A DNA stretch of 62,979 bases, the filler included, from Aduncisulcus paluster (Eukaryota), in assembly GCA_024181965.1 (NCBI GenBank). It is 10 parts of 10 records of this genome, joined end to end, with 100 filler letters (N's around TTAATTAATTAA, not from the genome) between each part and the next. Parts side by side here need not be neighbours in the genome. Positions count along the whole stretch, not along the records: positions 47,737 to 58,009 come from BQXS01011642.1; positions 58,110 to 60,806 come from BQXS01011643.1; 8 more parts are not named here. One strand, given 5' to 3'. The translations under genes were made by a program, and so were the position numbers. The notes below the pieces were generated by a model, which saw only the letters and a list, made by a program, of their open reading frames with translations, was not told where the DNA came from and did no database searches. Positions 50,792 to 59,989 of this stretch are shown piece by piece (within the stretch, counting starts at the first letter, position 1; every line of letters begins with the position of its first letter).

Positions 50792-52355
50792 TGTAGGAAT
50801 GTCAAGAAATGCAATAGATTTCACATTCCAATAATCCAACATTATATTATTATTTTATTATTAATTATTTTGAAACAATATTTTATTTCCTTTACTAAAT
50901 TTGTTATTTTTATTTATTTTATCTAATCTAATTACCCACTTCAATCAGGGGGTTTACTGCAGGGAGAATGACCGTGCTTCCTCCTGAACAAACAATAAAT
51001 TTGCTAACGCCATACATTTACTCGAGTGTTCCACAGTTAATATTAACTGGAAATACAGTTAGTCATCTACTATCGAAAATATTTTATTGAACCCCACGTT
51101 TCGTAACGATCAGGATCATTCATAATCCACTATCATCAAAAAATCATTATTGTATTGATAATAACGAAACTTTACCCCTACTAAAAATGCAACCTCACAC
51201 TATTCCAACAGATCAATACGGGACCCCTATAACTATCATTGGCAGGAAAATAAGAACACGCTACACCTCTCTACTTAGTAGAGGAACAGATGTATCTTCT
51301 CTGAACCCATTGGATCAATTCTTAAAGCCAAAACCTAGGGAATCCCTCCCACACACCCAAAACTCCTTTGTATCCTCTTATCCAAAAGAGAAGCTGGATA
51401 AACCAGAAGACAAAGAACTGGTAGACCCCGAAAAATCTGTCTCTCCGAAATTACATTATAGTGAAACATCAGGCGAGAGAATAATACCTCCCTGGGCATT
51501 TTCACCCTCCCAGAAAACATATATCCCGCCTCAACCAGTTTGGTCAGCGACCAGAGAAGCTATATCAATGTCCAAAACAGTCTACAATCCCTATCTAGGT
51601 ACCTTCCAGCCAACTCACACAATGAGCACGGCTGACCACAGGATCAAACCACCTATCCTAAGAGACTACAACCCCAGAGCATTCAGTGCCTTTGTAAATG
51701 AGTACCAAATCTATACTCTACAAGGAGGACAAGCCCCTATTGAAGGCTGTGTGGTTCCGGATGTTTGGAGGCTCTCGTTTGCTTACAGAGCACCTGAGCA
51801 GCAGACTTTGACAGGTTTCGCATTGTTACAAGCTCAGCTCAACAAACAGGACGGAAAGTCAGCATACTTATGCATCTCAAAGATCAGATTACACTCACCG
51901 GTGAATTTCAGAGCATGGGGCAACCTTACTTCTAGTGTCACGTCCATCATAGCGTCAGCGGGAGACTCTATAACCCCGTACATTCCTGCAATATGCAGAG
52001 AGATAGCAAGGAAGTCAACGCACGCATACAGACCACTAGGCATGGAACTGATGGCCATGAAAGCCTCAGGAACATGGGACATAAACGCTTACTTATACGC
52101 TGGACGAGCCTTTCTGGAGGAAAAACACAAGTTTGAGTCTAGGTTAACATCAAGGCAATCTAGTGAGAGTAAGAAGGCAGAAGGAACTTTGTCATCAGGA
52201 ACTGAAAAACCGAAAGGAACAAATAACTCCAAGACGTGCAGGATCCACGGTGCTGGACACCCCGACGAAGAATGTCGCACACAACATCCGGAACTAAGGA
52301 GAAACACAAGGAAGAGTGGCCAGCACAAACATCTGAAACACAACAAGATACATCA
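50792..52355 (+). mobile_element. Ty3/Gypsy-like element B: 5' LTR (50792-51035) plus gag, truncated after the zinc knuckle
   Basis: 244-bp TGTAGGAA...TTCCACA LTR with AATAAA and a second copy at 48482. The gag ORF from 51187 has a Cx2Hx3Hx4C knuckle (CRIHGAGHPDEEC) followed by HPEL. Confidence 0.85.
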
Positions 52356-52452
52356 TGAGGCACACTTTGCGGTCACGATACGTACAGACGCACTCATGTT
52401 TGTTGTGATGCTACCGGCATTACCGTCACCTACCGGTGATATTTTATTTTAA
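51187..52452 (+). CDS. Gag-like protein of element B (last ~30 aa probably read into a downstream insertion)
   Basis: 421-aa ORF with a capsid-like segment shared with element A and a C-terminal knuckle. Confidence 0.75.
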   Translation: MQPHTIPTDQYGTPITIIGRKIRTRYTSLLSRGTDVSSLNPLDQFLKPKPRESLPHTQNSFVSSYPKEKLDKPEDKELVDPEKSVSPKLHYSETSGERIIPPWAFSPSQKTYIPPQPVWSATREAISMSKTVYNPYLGTFQPTHTMSTADHRIKPPILRDYNPRAFSAFVNEYQIYTLQGGQAPIEGCVVPDVWRLSFAYRAPEQQTLTGFALLQAQLNKQDGKSAYLCISKIRLHSPVNFRAWGNLTSSVTSIIASAGDSITPYIPAICREIARKSTHAYRPLGMELMAMKASGTWDINAYLYAGRAFLEEKHKFESRLTSRQSSESKKAEGTLSSGTEKPKGTNNSKTCRIHGAGHPDEECRTQHPELRRNTRKSGQHKHLKHNKIHHEAHFAVTIRTDALMFVVMLPALPSPTGDILF

Positions 52453-52985
52453 TAAATTTGCTAGCCGTCTTCTATAAGAAGTCAATAATAATATTATTAT
52501 TGTTATACCCATACTTTTCAAAAATTTTTCCTTTTATTAAATCTTTGAAAACAGTGCTTTCTAAGCATACCCAACCTTTTTCCTTTTATTACTAGTAATT
52601 TCCAAATTATTTTCATTTATTATGCCTGCCCACAAGAATTTCAGGCGTAAGGGTGCAAGGATCGTAGATGAAATTTCCGAGATACCACGTATAAAATCAT
52701 TTTATGAATTTCAAAAAAAAAAAAAAACGGATAAGTCCGTTCAGATACTGACTAAATTAGTCGAAGACCAGCAGAAAGCTTACATATTATGGCTCGTGCT
52801 ATTGAGAATCTAGCTACCAAGTTGGATACGGTTTCATCTGTCAAACCGAGTGTTACCCTCGAAGATCATAAACCAAATCCTTCCGCAGCAGAATCCGCTA
52901 AAGAAGAGAGTTCGCTTCAATTTGACGTCCTTTTATCCTCATCTGATGTGATCGATGATGAAAAATCACAAACCAAGGTGAAAAT
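52356..52985 (+). mobile_element. Candidate element C: LTR-like segment (~52356-52484), palindrome, leader and a frameshifted ORF from 52622
   Basis: AATAAATTTGCTAGCC resembles AATAAATTTGCTAACGCC in LTR B. It ends in CA overlapping a 20-bp palindrome. The left boundary is a guess. Confidence 0.35.
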
Positions 52986-52988
52986 AAT

Positions 52989-53025
52989 AAGCGACACCGG
53001 GACTCGAACCCGAGACCAACCTGTT
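52989..53025 (-). pseudogene. tRNA 3'-half fragment (isotype undetermined)
   Basis: Minus strand AA-CAGGT-TGGTC-TCGGG-TTCGAGT-CCCGG-TGTCGCT-T then ATTATTTT: anticodon 3' strand, variable loop, perfect T-arm, acceptor 3' strand and T-run. No 5' half adjacent. Confidence 0.65.
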
Positions 53026-53553
53026 GAGCCAAAAATAAATTTCTCCATCGTACATAGCGGATACCCAGCTTCCCTGCACGACAAAAGGCTGTTTGATCTT
53101 ACTGCTGGCGAAATAAGTCCATATTTTATGGGTTATCAAATGTTGGGTGACTCTGCATATGAAGGGTGTCAGAGAGGACCCAATCCTGTGGATATGCTCG
53201 TGTCTCTGCATTCTGCGACTTCTGAAGCAGAAAGAACAGAATTTCATCAACGTAGCCAGGATAGATTGATTGTTGAGCAATATTTTGGTAGGTTAAAGTC
53301 AGTGTGGAAGATATTACAAGGTCGATATGGATTTGGCGGAGATACCTACGCTGATTTATTTGTGTTATGTTGCTCGCTGACAAATATGCTTGTAACTCGC
53401 CAGCCATTACGGAAAATGGACGCCACCAAGTATAGGTTGTTCATGACTAGGCAATGGTATGATTTGGGAGGTTCAGCCAGTGGTGAAGATGCTTCAGGGG
53501 TTTCTGGTGGATCTTCTCCAAGTTTACTATCCCAAACCAATTCATCTCCTTAA
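53023..53553 (+). mobile_element. PIF/Harbinger DDE transposase, 5'-truncated
   Basis: GYPASLHD, LGDSAY and RLIVEQYFGRLKSVWKIL are DDE_Tnp_4 motifs. The first catalytic Asp (DGT) is absent. Confidence 0.85.
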
Positions 53554-53859
53554 TATAGTAAAAATATAATGCGATATGATAATTTGCTGAGGTAGCACAT
53601 TAATTGGGACCGATATGATAAATCGAAATCGATATGGCATATCGATGGCAATATGGTAAATAGGCATGGTGATCAAATTTATTATTTTCAATATGCATAT
53701 TGGTGGGTAATATGTATATGTCCCTATTACGAACACCAGTGCAACAGCAACAACCGCTCCGTTTTCCCCCTCTGCAAACTGTTGATGAAGAGATGACGAT
53801 CTCTACTTAACATGAAAACCATTCCAAGGAGGATAACCCCGAAACCCTATTCAAAGGCA

Positions 53860-55097
53860 AGCTCTGCTAAACCTTTAGAATGCTCCCACTGTGGAAGAAA
53901 AGGACATTGATATATCGACCTGTTTTAAACTACACCCGGAGCTCAAGACGAAGAAGCTCACCTCGAACCCAATGAGTTCTGACTTTCATATGAACTTGTT
54001 CGTTGGGGGAAACGATGTGCCGTGTCGGGCTTTAATAGATACTGGGTCAGACTGTAACATTATGAGACCAGACCTTTTACAGCGTTTAAATCCGACGGAA
54101 AGAACATTGCCCTGTAAGCACCGAATATCCCATGGTAGTGACTCATCTGTTACGGTAAACGAAGCCATTGATACTAGCATTTCATTTAAAACTGTGTGTG
54201 ATAAGTTGTATACTGCTCCTATTAGGTGCCTTATCTCAGATGTGAGTGGGGATGATGAGCTTATTATTTCTGGCCAGTGGGCGAAATTTTCGGATGTGTA
54301 TCAATTACATACCGTTAAACAAAAACACTGTCCCGCTTCATTATCCAATTCCGATTATCACTGAGTTGCTGGATTCTCTCAAAAGAACTTCTATCTTTGG
54401 CAAAATTGATGCCCGTTCTGACTTTCACCAGGTGGTTGTTGATGAAGATTCTCGAAAGTTTCTTGCGTTCACGACGAAGTATGGTATATACCAATACACG
54501 AGAAGGCCTTTTGGGGCACGCAATGCATCTGCCCACTTTCAGCAAGCTATGGTATCTGCATTCTCTGATTTGATTCCTCATGTGTGTGACATATTTTTAG
54601 ATGATATAATCATCAAGGGTAAGGACGAGTTCTGTCATCATTTGGATTTGGTCCTTGGTCGTGAGGAGATGAAGTTGAGAGCTAAAGCGTCCAAGTATGT
54701 TTTTGGTTATCAACGATTGGAGTTCCTGGGAAGGGAGATCTCTGAAAATGGTATATCTCCCGCAATCTCTAGAGTTCAGGATCTCAAATCATTAAAAGTT
54801 CTCAAAGACAAATCCCAATGCAGGAGTATGTTGGGTTTGTTCAACTTCTTTAGAAGTTTTGTGGTTGATTATGCTCGCAAGGTGGCTCCCATACAAATTT
54901 TGACTCGGAAAGGAACCACCTTTATGTGGAAAGAGGAACAGCAGACAGCATTTGACACTATCATCGCCGATATCTCTCAACGCACACTCCTACACTATAT
55001 AGACTATGATAAGCGGATAGTCCTTCAGTCAGACGCAAGCGATCTTGCCATTGGTGGTGTTCTCCTTCAGTATGGAAAGCATGAGAAAAGGTTTTAA
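53860..55097 (+). mobile_element. Decayed Ty3/Gypsy gag-pol (CCHC knuckle, protease, RT, start of RNase H)
   Basis: CSHCGRKGH(+1 frameshift)DISTC, ALIDTGSD, RMCINYIPLN, KIDARSDFHQ, PFGARNA, FLDDII, QSDASDLAIGGVLLQ in PR-RT-RH order, with frameshifts and deletions. Confidence 0.93.
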
Positions 55098-55129
55098 ACT
55101 TGGGAAAAGAAATATTTAACGTTGTCATT

Positions 55130-56784
55130 CCAGAGAATCGGCGAAAGCAAAGATTCTTCAGATTCTCTCAGAATATACAACTTTATTCGACTCAGACCTA
55201 CCGAAGAATGGTTGTAAACTCGCTAAGTTCAAAATTGACCTAAAAGATCCATCCGTAACAACCACAGTGAGACCTCGCCATTACTCGCCATTCGTGTCGA
55301 ATTCAATCGAGAAAAACGAAAGTACAGTATAGTAGTAAGAAGTTTATTAAGATGTTATTGGTTAATCCACCATAAACTCCCTAGGGAAAATTCCCCTGGG
55401 GTGGGTTTGGTCCTGCCTGGACATTCTGTTTGCTTCCTTTTTATCACCTTTCTTCGCCTCGTCTCACCGTCGCATTCTTGTTCATAGGGAGATAGAGGGT
55501 TATTGATGACAATTAAAGGGCTTAGCGTTTCATCTGCCATCTCTCAGTGGAAAGGGCCATCATTGTGCTCGAGATTAAGAAAGTTGTCATTTTGGTTGAA
55601 GTGTCTCTATGACAATCTGTGACATTCAAAAACGAGAGAACTCTGTTTGGTTCCATCTGCAGTAGTGTTTACTCTGATAGCTGCCTATCTGAGCTATGAG
55701 ATTCGAGAGATAAATACTACTTTCAGGGATGTATTGAAGTGATGAAGAAGAAGAGGTATGTCCATTAAGTTAAGATAGTACAATATAGTACATTAGATTC
55801 CTTGGTATCTCATCAGCTTAGGGATCCATTTTAAACAAATAGCGCATAATTAGTACCGTTAGGGCCTTACTTATATCAGTATAGTAATTAATATTTATTT
55901 AGGAAAGAAAACCGATAGGAAAAAAGAATTCATAAATAAACCTAACCCTGTTGGGCGTACGGAACTCGATGCCCTAGGCACTGGGGGGTCGGGGAGGACA
56001 TCATCGTTCATGACTGGCCCTCATCATCTCCAAATCGCAGCGATAGGTCAGAGGAGGAGAGAGCAAAACATATATGATAATGATTTGTCATAGTAAAGTA
56101 TCAGAATGAGGAACTGGAAGGTTTCATTTTGACATAGGAAAATTTTCAGACTTCTGAGGTCATTCCATTGGATCATGATGAGGATTCAACCGCTCCTGAT
56201 TGAATTAAAGGTGTTGGGATTGAGAGAAGCGCTTTCTCAAGATTCTGCATGATTCTTTCATTGCTATTCGTGCACCATCGTCAGCAATTCTAAATGCCTG
56301 ACGGTCAGAGAATGGCAGCAAGTCCTTAATTTCCTCAATAACTGATGGGAGATAGATGCCCGCGTGACCAAATGCCATAACTATAACATTACTTAAGGAA
56401 GCATATTTGGTCTTCTTATGCAGAGTGACCTTCTCCAACTGACTGAGATCAGCATCCTCATATGTGACGGTGACCTCGATGTGAATCGAGAAACATATTA
56501 ATGCTCTGAAAAAGGAGGGGTTAATTGCTGAATCGGACTCTCCCTGGTCAGCACCGGCTCTGTTGGTGGACAAGAAAGGAAACGACACACGACTGTGTGT
56601 TGATTATTCCTCTCTCAACGACAACACGCTACCGCTTCCCTTCCCAATTCCAATGATATCTAAGATGTTATCAAGACTCGGGGGGAAGAAATGGTATGGA
56701 ACACTCGATTTACGCTCAGGTTTTCATCAAATACTGGTTGAGGAAAACTCCCGCAAATACACAGCATTCTCTTCACCATCTTGA
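55130..56784 (+). mobile_element. Second Ty3/Gypsy pol fragment (pre-RT linker plus RT N-terminus), split by a non-LTR insertion
   Basis: ...RPRHYSPFVSNSIEK (ends 55314) joins in frame to HINALKKEGLIAESDSPWSAPALLVDKKGNDTRLCVDYSSLN...LDLRSGFHQ (from 56494). Confidence 0.9.
55315..56483 (-). mobile_element. 5'-truncated non-LTR retrotransposon with a restriction-like endonuclease (RLE) C-terminus and a 10-bp TSD
   Basis: AATCGAGAAA at 55305-55314 and 56484-56493. Minus frame HIEVTVTYE...KKTKYASL...VMAFGHAG (56483-56205) fits the RLE D/E-V-T-V...K..KY..L...G..G pattern, followed by a ~890-nt 3' UTR. Confidence 0.8.
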
Positions 56785-57449
56785 TGCTTGGATGTTTACC
56801 GTCCAAGATCCACGAAGTAATTCCTTCAACAACAAATTTGTTTTGTTCTTCAATTAAGAAAGCATTTGAGGAGATAGGAATTAAAAAAAGATGCATAACT
56901 TCCATTGTTACGGATAGGTAACTGGTGGTGGCAGTATCCAAACAATTGAATGAAGAAGGATTTGGTCATGTATGGGTTCCATGTACAGCACATGTATTAA
57001 GTACGGTTGTTCAACATTATATTTCATTCTATTTCGAACAAATTATAACATTTTTAGAGGATCTAAATATTATCTTGAGCTCGGGATCACAGGAAAACAG
57101 AGCATTGTGCAGCATCTTAGAAATACATCGGCCAAGATACACCAAGATTCGCTGGTGCTCTCTCCTTGACGAATATTTAAAAGTATGTGAATCATGGGAT
57201 CAAATATATTCAAGTCTCAAGTTTAAGCGGCCAACCGAGCAGGTGATAGCATGTAAATTGTTTTGGGAAAACAAAGGGTATAGTAACTTCACTCACACCT
57301 TAACAAAAGAATTCATTCCATACAGTTTGAATGCAATTAGAGTAGCCTATTCTCGAGGCATTTTATACAATTTTTCATTTTGTACAGAGTGTCCCACCAA
57401 AAAACGACATCTTCGATCTTCTGATAAATATAAAAAAATAAATGAATGA
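56785..57449 (+). mobile_element. hAT-like transposase central remnant
   Basis: TSIVTD (second Asp), then a stop, then VPCTAHVL (CxxH motif) and KIRWCS (RW motif). Confidence 0.8.
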
Positions 57450-57574
57450 ATATAGTTGTTAATAAATTAAGTAAAATAATTGTTAAAAATGTAAGTTATA
57501 AATGAATAAAAACTTTAGCAATTGCGAAGAAATAAAAAACAGAATAAAACAGATTTTCCAACAATTGAAACACC

Positions 57575-58009
57575 ATGCATTCATCTATATTACCAGAAGG
57601 TTTCATTTATCGAATTATTAATGAAAAATTTAACGGAGAAACGGTGTTTCAGAAACTTTCAAAATCGACCCAGATTTCCCAAGATTATCTCATCTCACAT
57701 ATTCAGGATTTTCTTAAGTCAGATATTAATAATAAGCAGATTAAGTGCCTCCTATGTCAAACAAAGGAGTTGAAGTTCGATTCTAGATCGGTAGCGAGTC
57801 ATATTGTATCGAAATCCCACAGTTACGCTATCTCCAAAAAATCTAAATTAAGAGCTAAAATACTGGAGAAAAGAAGACATGCAGAGGAAGTTATTCTGAC
57901 AACCGTATTGAAAAAGGGATATCCTATCTCATGTATCCCGGAATTGTACGGTCTTGAAGTTATAACAGCAATTCAGGATGTTCCCACACCATTCACAATT
58001 TCCAAGTCC
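57575..58009 (+). mobile_element. hAT-like transposase N-terminus with a C2H2 finger, 3'-partial
   Basis: IKCLLC...VASHIVSKSH and VLKKGYPISCIPEL parallel 49340-49781. Confidence 0.55.
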
Positions 58010-58109
58010 NNNNNNNNNNNNNNNNNNNNNNNNNNNNNNNNNNNNNNNNNNNNTTAATTAATTAANNNNNNNNNNNNNNNNNNNNNNNNNNNNNNNNNNN
58101 NNNNNNNNN

Positions 58110-59469
58110 AATACAACCTACATTGACGAGAGAATTCTTTCTTCATTCGCTCCACACAACGCACATTCTCTTCATGCGTGCACGCGTTCTTCATGCATTT
58201 CACAGCACATAACACAGCAGGAGTGGGGAAGAATGGAGACACAAGAAGAGCCAAGATCACATCTCCGAACCCACCACTGCCAATGATGCACTGAGGAGTG
58301 ATGGTTGAAGGAGATGTTGGAGTCAGAGTAACAGAGTCGAGTGGAACAGTGTATGGAGAAATGGCACGGCAAGGAAGAGGAAGAGGAAGAGGAGGGGAGG
58401 TGGGAATATCATCACCTCGAAGGAAAACAAGGGAGTAGATTAAGAAACTTCTATCATTCTTTCCATATATCCACGTTCCTTTCCCTTCGATCTCACACAA
58501 TACAACGTTATCCAAATTAATAGGAAGGAAGTGCCATTCATAATCATGTTCAGGTTCTGTGAATTCATACTTCTTGAATGTCTTCTTACCATCACAATCA
58601 GTGAAAGTGAAGAGAAGAGAGGGTGAACTAGTATACTCATTCACACAGATATAAGCACCTTTCATTGGACTAGGTGATGGGAAAGGGATGGAAAGATGTG
58701 ATAATTCAACATAATCCTCCCCTTTCAACATTTTTTGTGCATCTGAACTCTGATCATAATTCCAAGATTCCTTACTAAACGCATCATTCTTGCACTTAAC
58801 CATTGAGAATGAAGGATCAACAAGCTTTGGATCATCTCGTGGAATGGGAATAGAATCTCTACCTTGAGATTCCTTATCTCCTTCCTTAACAAACTCTGGT
58901 TTTACAACAGGAGTTTCAGACCATAGTTTCTCTCTGGCTTCACGAGATTTGATTTCTTCAGGAGTTTCTTCTCTACTAATGAAAACAAGGGATTCGATAT
59001 TAAAACACTCTTTCCTTCTTCCTTTCCCTGTAATCTCACACAGAACAACATCAGGGAGATCAACAGGAAGGAAATACCAATGATAATCTTCAAATTCAGG
59101 AAAATCGTATTTCTTGGATGTTTTATCACCCTTTGAAGATGTGAGAGTGAAGTTAAGATGCGATGGAGGTGAAGAATCACCATCAAGACATATATAAGCC
59201 CCTTTCATTGGGGAAGATGAAGAGAAAGTAATGGAGATATGGGTAAATTGTCCATAATTACCCTCTCCTTTCATCATATCTTGTGCTTCAGAACTCTGAT
59301 CGTATCCATATTTACCTTCTTCCTTGGTTCCATCTATTGCTTCGATAGTTGGAACTGCTGCACTCTTAATATTGGGGGCATCTCTAGGAATTGGACAGCA
59401 ATAGCGATATCCTTCATGAACAAACACAGGTTCAACGGTTTGAATAACAGCATCTGTGTATGAACTCAT
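58110..59469 (-). CDS. Protein with two tandem ~170-aa jelly-roll-like repeats, a Pro-rich linker and a protein kinase N-lobe, 3'-partial
   Basis: Internal repeat PxFVxEG...PIPRD...YDQSSxAQxMxKGE...HxSIxF.S.SPMKGAYIC...KKYxF...WxFLPxxL..VVLCEIxGKG occurs twice, then IGSGGFG, AVK and KEF (alphaC). Confidence 0.9.
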
Positions 59470-59989
59470 TTGAATAGAGATAGAATTTCTTATCTAAAAA
59501 ATAAAAACAAGCAGAATAATGAATGAATCCGGTTAAAATATTTCTTAATCTACATTTAATAAAAGATGCAACATATAGTAAACATACAATTTGCTTGTAC
59601 GACGAGAAAAAATGGAGGACTGAACAAGCAACCCTTCAATAGATAAGATTAGAAATTTAAAAAAACGCATATAAACGAGTTAAATGCTGGTAAATGATAA
59701 AAACATGTTTTATTTTCATTTCCATGCCATGGTGTTAATTCTCGATATCTCAGGCTTTTGGAGAACCCTCAGGACTGGATATAGTTCCATTTCACGTGTT
59801 AAGAACATTTATGAACGATTTCAATGCTATTCAATAACATGGATATATTTCCATTTCATTTCTATCCTTATCCTTGCCTTTCTGTTCATTTTCACTTGCT
59901 TTTGCTTACAATCAAAAATATCAAGAACTCGGAATACGATGGTATACATGTGTCTGTATACTTCTACGAATATAATCCCCTGATGCTTC

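Noticed and set aside
53020..53031. A-box-like TGGCTCAACAGG next to the tRNA half, suggesting an internally deleted tRNA
   Set aside because: No matching acceptor 5' strand, and these bases encode transposase residues (VEPK) on the plus strand.
52789..53553. 254-aa ORF as an intact or domesticated HARBI1-like gene
   Set aside because: Chimera of an unrelated ORF, an antisense tRNA half and a transposase lacking its first catalytic Asp.
55790..55830. CTGATGA plus a short stem on the minus strand as a possible hammerhead ribozyme
   Set aside because: The stem is followed by TAAT rather than the required GAAA, and no convincing stems I and III were found.
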